Source of the DNA: Octopus vulgaris
Lineage: Eukaryota
Direction of reading: 5' to 3'
Length of the DNA: 64,000 bases
Assembly: GCA_951406725.2 (NCBI GenBank)
Contig: OX597832.1
Coordinates: forward strand, 8,928,001 to 8,992,000
The notes beneath the pieces are model-generated. The model saw only the letters and a list, made by a program, of their open reading frames with translations, was not told the origin of the DNA and did not search any database. Position numbers and translations under genes: made by a program. Shown piece after piece: positions 57,004 to 64,000 of the stretch (position 1 is its first letter; the number at the start of each line of letters is the position of its first letter).

Positions 57004-57234
57004 TTTTGTTGCTGCAGTTGTAGTAGTAGTGACATGCTCTGCAAAAACGCGTCACTGAATCCACTATTGGTGAATTACTACTCCTGGTGTATGACGCCTC
57101 TGCAAGGAATTAGGCTAGAATTTTCCAACCCATAGTCTGTTTCGGTAGACGTTGCTCGTGATGTATTTATGAAGACGGTCTTTCTTAATCAACCACTTTT
57201 AATCGCCTTTTATGAAACGCAGAGGAAATGTTGG

Positions 57235-57386
57235 GTCTTGTCTTTGACATAGCGGTCGCCACACAGCGCGAGAGTAAACAGATATGAACTGTTATGTTCA
57301 AGAACACAACACTCCGTCCTGGAATCAAACTCACGATTTGATGACAGTGAGAGCAACGCACTACCGACTTAGCCACTTGTCGCTCC
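57235..57386 (-). mobile_element. Degenerate tRNA-derived SINE head (family C-like)
   Basis: ggagcgacaagtggctaagtcggtag...gagtttgattccaggac. Confidence 0.55.
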
Positions 57387-58628
57387 ATACGGTATTTCGT
57401 TATGCGAAAATAATATGCTATAACGTAGCATTTTTACAATCCAATACCGTGTACTACTGTGTTAGCAGTGTAATAAAGACATTTTAAGTTTATCTCTAGT
57501 TATTTATAACCAGCACCTATATTGTTTGGACGTTTCGTACCCCAGACGCGAGATGTTAACAAACAATGAGATCGAAAATGAAGGAATGGGTAATAATTGC
57601 ATATGCAATATTTCGGGAATTTTTTGCTCCTTTATCAACAGATATTATTTTCGTATGTGTTTAACATGTAAATTAGTATATGCGATACATTTACATCACT
57701 ATATATATGGTGGCTATTAAAGCAATGAGTTCGCGTGAGGAATGGGTTATATGGATGATATATCCTTAAAAACAAAAATATGAAAAGTTCTGACCAACGG
57801 TGAATTCCGCTGCTACAAATATATAACTTTCTAAGTTGAATTATTGTTACACGCATCTAAGCATATTGTTAGGAAGGAGGAATAGCTTCTTACGAATATA
57901 TTAACCGACTTGAATACATATATTTTCGCCTTGGAAAATCTGGGATGTGAATATTTGTTTCGAAGATTATTATGATGTGGAGACATTAAACATATTGCAT
58001 TTATTATGCCAACAACATTTTAGATCATCGTGTAAATTAGGGTTTAGTATAGAAAACTCTTTAAGCGTATTCTAGGATATTATTATTCCAAATCTAGTTC
58101 ATGGCTTCCTCTAAATATAAAGAATTGCTGGTTGATTACGTAGGAAATAACGTATACGCAATTAATTAACCTCCTTTCAACTGAGCTTACCTTTAACTCA
58201 CTTTTATGGGGTGACCATCTTCGAATTTGATTTCATATTTCAGAAGTTCTATGCTTCTCAGATTCACCAAATGATAGCATGCAGCAGAAATACAATTTCT
58301 AGATGAATTGCTTGAGTAGCAATGGGTCTAAATGTTAACTGACAATATTGATTGGGGCATGCGGTTCATATATCTATTATATTTTTTTTTTTATTCTTTT
58401 CATTTATTATATCCTTTTTATATTAAAATGTGGCAGAAAGAAGATATATTTATTTGTCTATTTATTCATCTATTTATTTCAATTACATACATAAAGTGAA
58501 TTCCACGTAGGAATCGGCTCTTATAATGGAACGAAACCTCGTGAGATGGAAAAATATTAGAATCTTGAAATGCTTTCCAATTTACTTTGGTTTAATGTCT
58601 AATGCAGGAATCAAATTATTCTCAGTAT

Positions 58629-58678
<50 letters not shown>

Positions 58679-58693
58679 CTGTGTGAGTGCCAT

Positions 58694-58746
<53 letters not shown>

Positions 58747-59239
58747 TTATGTGTATATACATATATATACAGTCACACATACATATACATATATACACTC
58801 AGACGCATACATACATATACACATACATATAATTATAGGCATATATTAATATTATATGTATGAGAAAATATGAGTTCCAGTGTGCGCCTCTGCACGCAAT
58901 ACACGTACGCTTTATACATATATATATATATATATATAGATCCCAATACTTACATACAGAACATCAAATGTAACTGCCTGTATTCGAAAGAGGCACACAA
59001 AGGAAATGTGTGTAGTCTTGTAAGTATTATACTCATATATATACGCATATAAGTACACACATACATAACCGTGCTTGTATGTATGTGCGTTTATGTGCTT
59101 GTATGTAAATGTGTTTACGTGCTTGTGTTTATGCATACATAAGCATAATTCCATCATCTCATATAAAAGTTTGGACGCATTGACATAGGCAGAAAAGCAT
59201 TATATACACGCAACATATTTATTATTTATTCTGCTTCTT

Positions 59240-59290
59240 TATGAATGTATGTATGCATATGCATATATAGATATATACATGTATATATTT

Positions 59291-59344
<54 letters not shown>

Positions 59345-59372
59345 TTATATATATATGTATATATATATATAA

Positions 59373-59461
<89 letters not shown>
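59240..59461. repeat. Long (TA)n-rich microsatellite
   Basis: Direct read. Similar tracts lie at 42017-42210, 60160-60282 and 61240-61415. Confidence 0.95.
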
Positions 59462-59463
<2 letters not shown>

Positions 59464-59865
59464 CATAGAGCATGTTCGATCAATCTATGATGTAAATGTC
59501 GGTATGTATCGATTCACCATGAAATGCATTATATACGCACCCATATATTCACTACCTCATTGCATTTATATGTAAGCACTGTAGACACATGCAAACGCAC
59601 TAATATACACATTCTAATGCAATTTAATGATATCTATATATCTATCTACCGATTCATCTATGTACACATATTTGTGTGCTTTCGTGTGTGTATATATATT
59701 AAAGTGTACCCATGAAACATACTTTATTGTTGTATTTTTTGAGATCTAGGTATATGTTTTAAAAATATATTTTATTTTTTATTTATGATTTGGTTTATGT
59801 CTATCATTGTTTGAATTGCATACTAGTGGTTTTTCTCTAATTTATATATATATATATATATATAT

Positions 59866-60287
<422 letters not shown>

Positions 60288-60498
60288 GAATAATTGAGTA
60301 GTTCAATGAATTATCTTATTATGGATAATTCGGTTAACCGATACCTGGGTAGCAAATTTACGTCAGAAAAACACGGTTGAAGCTACATGCCTAGGGCAGA
60401 GATCACGTGCTATCGTGTGGAAATTTGTGTGTTTTTTTAAATACAAATAAATGAAAGAATTGAGTTGAACGACGAATTAACAAAATTCCTTTATTTTA

Positions 60499-60581
60499 TT
60501 TTCGACATATGTTTCGAAGGCTGCATTTTCCTATTTTCGAATGAATAAGGGGTGCATTATGCCGCCTTCTCATCAGGAAAA
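60499..60581 (-). ncRNA. Canonical type I hammerhead ribozyme (PLE/retrozyme-type minimal stem III)
   Basis: Minus strand: ttttc-CTGATGA-gaaggc...gccttc-GAAA-catatg-TC-gaaaa. All core nucleotides are intact, stem I is 5 bp, stem II is 6+ bp, stem III is palindromic, and aataaa follows. Confidence 0.9.
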
Positions 60582-61259
60582 GTAAGGAACTTATGCCAGC
60601 ATCAAGACCACTTGGGTCTATGTATTTGATTTTTCCCCATTGTATTTTTTATATACCATGCATTATTGTCTTTAACTTGTGTATTTTGTCATGGTTAAAG
60701 TATTCAGAGTTATACAAACAAATTTCTCTTGGAATATCTTAAAAGATCCTGATGGACACAATTGTCTAATTGTGATAGCGTGCATTGTATGAATTACAAT
60801 ATCTTTAATATATGTGTAACCTCTGTAAAGAGTATTAGCCACAACGTTTCCAACATTCGTGTTTACATTGGAACTTTCTTTCATTGCCTCAAGTTCAGTC
60901 TATTGCTTGTTGGTGTGCGTTTACTTATCAATTGAAGGATTGGAAACTCAAAGTAAGGCAATATAGCTGAAAACATGACCAAAATATTTGAGGAAGTAAT
61001 AGCTTAAAGGGAACATGTTTTGTTTTTCCTTTTCATTCAATACGTAATAAAGAAATAAAAAAATTCCCTTACTATAAGAGATGAAGGATGGCTATAGTAA
61101 CTTTACGAATGCAATTATATGTTGCCAAAAAGTATACATCCCTCACTCTCTCACTCTCTCTCTCTGTCTCTTTCTGTCTCTCTCTGTATATGACTTTCAG
61201 CTGTTTACAACAATACCGGTGTTTTCAATTCGTTACTGGATATATATATATAGATACAT

Positions 61260-61310
<51 letters not shown>

Positions 61311-61317
61311 TACATAT

Positions 61318-61423
<106 letters not shown>

Positions 61424-62165
61424 TTATGCAGGTGTGTATTATTGTGCATGTGTGTGATAAAGAGAGAGAGAATCAAATAGGTACAGAGAAAGGACGAGAG
61501 AGAGTATGTGTGTACGTTTCTATCTAGGAAAATAAATTATATACATGTAAAACTCAGTACACCGCGTTATCCAATGCACAGTTCGCAAAGATGGCTTTGA
61601 ATCACAAAGGTATTAAAAGTAGTGTATGAGAAACCTGACTATTGTATTCGTCTATACAAGCATTTGCCAACTGGTACAATATAGCCAAACATCACCCTTC
61701 AAGCTAGCTTTCTTATTAGTAACAGGGTAAAAGTTTTATTTTCTGAAGAAAATCATTTGCAAAAGTAATCACTCGTCAAATGAGAAAAAAAACAGAATGT
61801 AATTTTCTCATATTGCTTTGGTTTAATTTGAAAAGGTCTATCAAGGTTCTGCATAGGTTGCTAAAACTTGATTGTCCGACTAAAGCATACGACCTAATTT
61901 AGGCTTAACAAAATGTACGGTTAAATGTACGAATCTATACTCCCACGCATTCATTGAGACATAAATGCATGAGTGCCTTTATAGATTCATGTACCTTTTC
62001 ATTATTGAATCTAAGCTCGTGTAGCCATATCAAGCTATATGTATGAGCAGAATCTATAGCAACTGATGTACACATCATACAATTTCACACATATGCATTC
62101 TCATACACAGATTCACGTATGTGTATATATACATATAAAATATATGTTACATTACTCAATAGTCA

Positions 62166-62228
62166 AGATAAATCTCTGAGTTTCAGATGCCGAAGTGGAA
62201 ATCCACAACACTATCGCTTCGGTAATGT
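62166..62228 (-). ncRNA. Degenerate hammerhead ribozyme in a pseudo-LTR remnant
   Basis: Minus strand: CcGAAGc-gatagtgttgtggatttccacttcggcatct-GAAA-ctcagag-AT. It has the same ctcagag stem III as 32532-32581. Confidence 0.45.
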
Positions 62229-62387
62229 AACATATTATTTTATAGATAAATTTCCTCTATTTACATAATATTGAGGTATCTTTCTTTCTTTTGCTATCTT
62301 ACCGTTTTTACCAATATATATATATATTGGTAAAACAACTCTGATTTTATTTACTTGGGTAATTGTTTTTCAGATCTTTCAATTATT

Positions 62388-62627
62388 ATTTATTTCTTTA
62401 TTGCCCACAAGGGGCTACACACAGAGGGGACAAACAAGGACAGACAAACGAATTAGATTAAGTTGATTATATCGACCCCAGTGCGTAGCTGGTACTTATT
62501 TAACCGACCCCTAAAGGATAACAGGCAAAGTCGACCTCGGGGGAATTTGAACTTAGAACGTAGCAGCAGAAGAAATACCGCAAATATTTCGCCCGGTGTG
62601 CTAACGTTTCTGCCAGCTCGCCGCCTT
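62388..62627 (-). mobile_element. SINE family B with target-site duplication
   Basis: Full-length copy flanked by tctt(t/c)caattattatt on both sides. Confidence 0.88.
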
Positions 62628-62914
62628 CTTCCAATTATTATTGCCACACGGGTATGTTTTTAAATGTGTATTTCTTAAATGGGTATATCTTTTTGGTGAT
62701 GCAATGTACCTACTCGTCTCCTTCAATATGCGTATTATTTTCATTATTTTAAAAACTCCTTAAATCTGTAATATTGTTCCTTCTAGTGTAATGAAGCGAC
62801 TGTAGCTGCCTGATTATTGCTGAAGTTGTTTTAGTACCAGGAATGTGGTTCGCCTTCTTTATCAGCTGTTCTTTCTCGGGGAAAAGAATTTGCTTCGGTG
62901 CGCTACAAGACCAT

Positions 62915-63480
62915 TGCATGAAGCAAATGGCTCACTGACTGCAGAACCCATGAATATAAAGAAAATACTAAATGGAAACTTAAACAAAATTTCTCTTCCC
63001 TACTGGAATCTGAGCAAATAAATGAACCTAACGTGTTCTTCAAATTCGCATATTCAAGCAGGGAAGAGGTTACATTGACATAAATTAAGATGATATAATT
63101 TTGGCCATTGATAAAGGGAACCTGACCTCACCAGTGAGTCATAAATGTTTTTTGTTTTAATGAGAGTTAAAAAAGGTCTTGCAAAACCACTGCAGCAACA
63201 TTTCTAATGCTTTCTTGCATTTGACGAACTACTACCAAAAGATAAAATAAGTTAAAATAATCCTCACTCATAAAGGAGAAAGCAGAGAACATGTTAAATG
63301 TTACAAGCCTATCTAGCAGACTTCTTAGGTTATCAAAATCATGGAATGCACTGTCAAGTCAATCTCATCACTAATACGCAGCATGGCTTCTGTCGAGATT
63401 GGAGATGCTATAAAGAGGTAATATACCATTATAAATGGCTAGCTCAACATTTCAATTTGAATGTGGATATCTTGTATGTA
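62915..63480 (+). mobile_element. Highly degenerate CR1/L2-group LINE RT fragment
   Basis: LITNTQHGFCRDWRC...HYKWL...NVDILY (cf. QHGFRxGRSC...VDVIYLDF). Confidence 0.6.
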
Positions 63481-63696
63481 CCAAGTTGACCACTGAGCGA
63501 TATTTGAAAACTACGAGTACTTGGTAAACTGAAAAACAAAATGAGTAGCTGCCTCTCTTTATGAAACGTAGGACTTCGACATCGTAGCCACTGGTATTCT
63601 CTCCGAAGAGATACCAATTCCCAGCTGTGTCCCTCATGGAACTGTAACGTAATGATTACTGTTGGTGGTTCCATTCGAAATTTTAGAAATGCATAC

Positions 63697-63748
<52 letters not shown>

Positions 63749-63873
63749 ATATACGTATATATATACATATATATATATATACATACACACATGTATATAT
63801 ATATATATGATTCGAAACTTGAATAAAATACCAACACGCACAGACACGCATACACACAACAAATACGTATATA

Positions 63874-64000
63874 TAGCTGTTGACCCCAGCGTTGCTCGTG
63901 TTTTCAGTGTTGAATTTAAGCCCAACTCTGACCGTTGAAATTTTACACCTGTTTACAGTTCATGTCCATCAGTTGATGCCAGTTCTGCAATTAAATTAAA
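63874..64000 (-). mobile_element. Possible Helitron 3' terminus
   Basis: The minus strand ends acgagcaacgctggggtcaacagcta, resembling the hairpin-plus-CTAG end at 39530-39556. Confidence 0.4.

Overview
AT-rich eukaryotic non-coding DNA dense in microsatellites. The SINE and microsatellite make-up suggests a cephalopod (Octopus-like) intergenic or intronic region, which is an inference. I could not support any intact host gene; most ORF-track entries are microsatellite artefacts. Mobile-element remains make up most of what I could identify: LINE fragments (CR1/L2-like, RTE, R4/Dong-like, Tx1-like), three tRNA-derived SINE families, Tc1/mariner remnants, non-autonomous Helitron-like elements, a foldback element and several Penelope-like element (PLE) pieces. 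Highlights: (1) a PLE GIY-YIG endonuclease in which both cysteines of the conserved CxxC motif are in-frame TGA codons (31341-31352), a candidate selenocysteine-recoding retroelement; (2) type I minimal hammerhead ribozymes in PLE-type termini, including a fully canonical one at 60499-60581 (-) and a terminal cassette shared by two different PLE lineages; (3) a Tx1-like LINE embedded in (TATC)n whose 3' tail is shared by a SINE family; (4) inverted pseudo-LTR and foldback architectures. Coordinates, translations outside the ORF track and alignments were done by eye, so boundaries are approximate.
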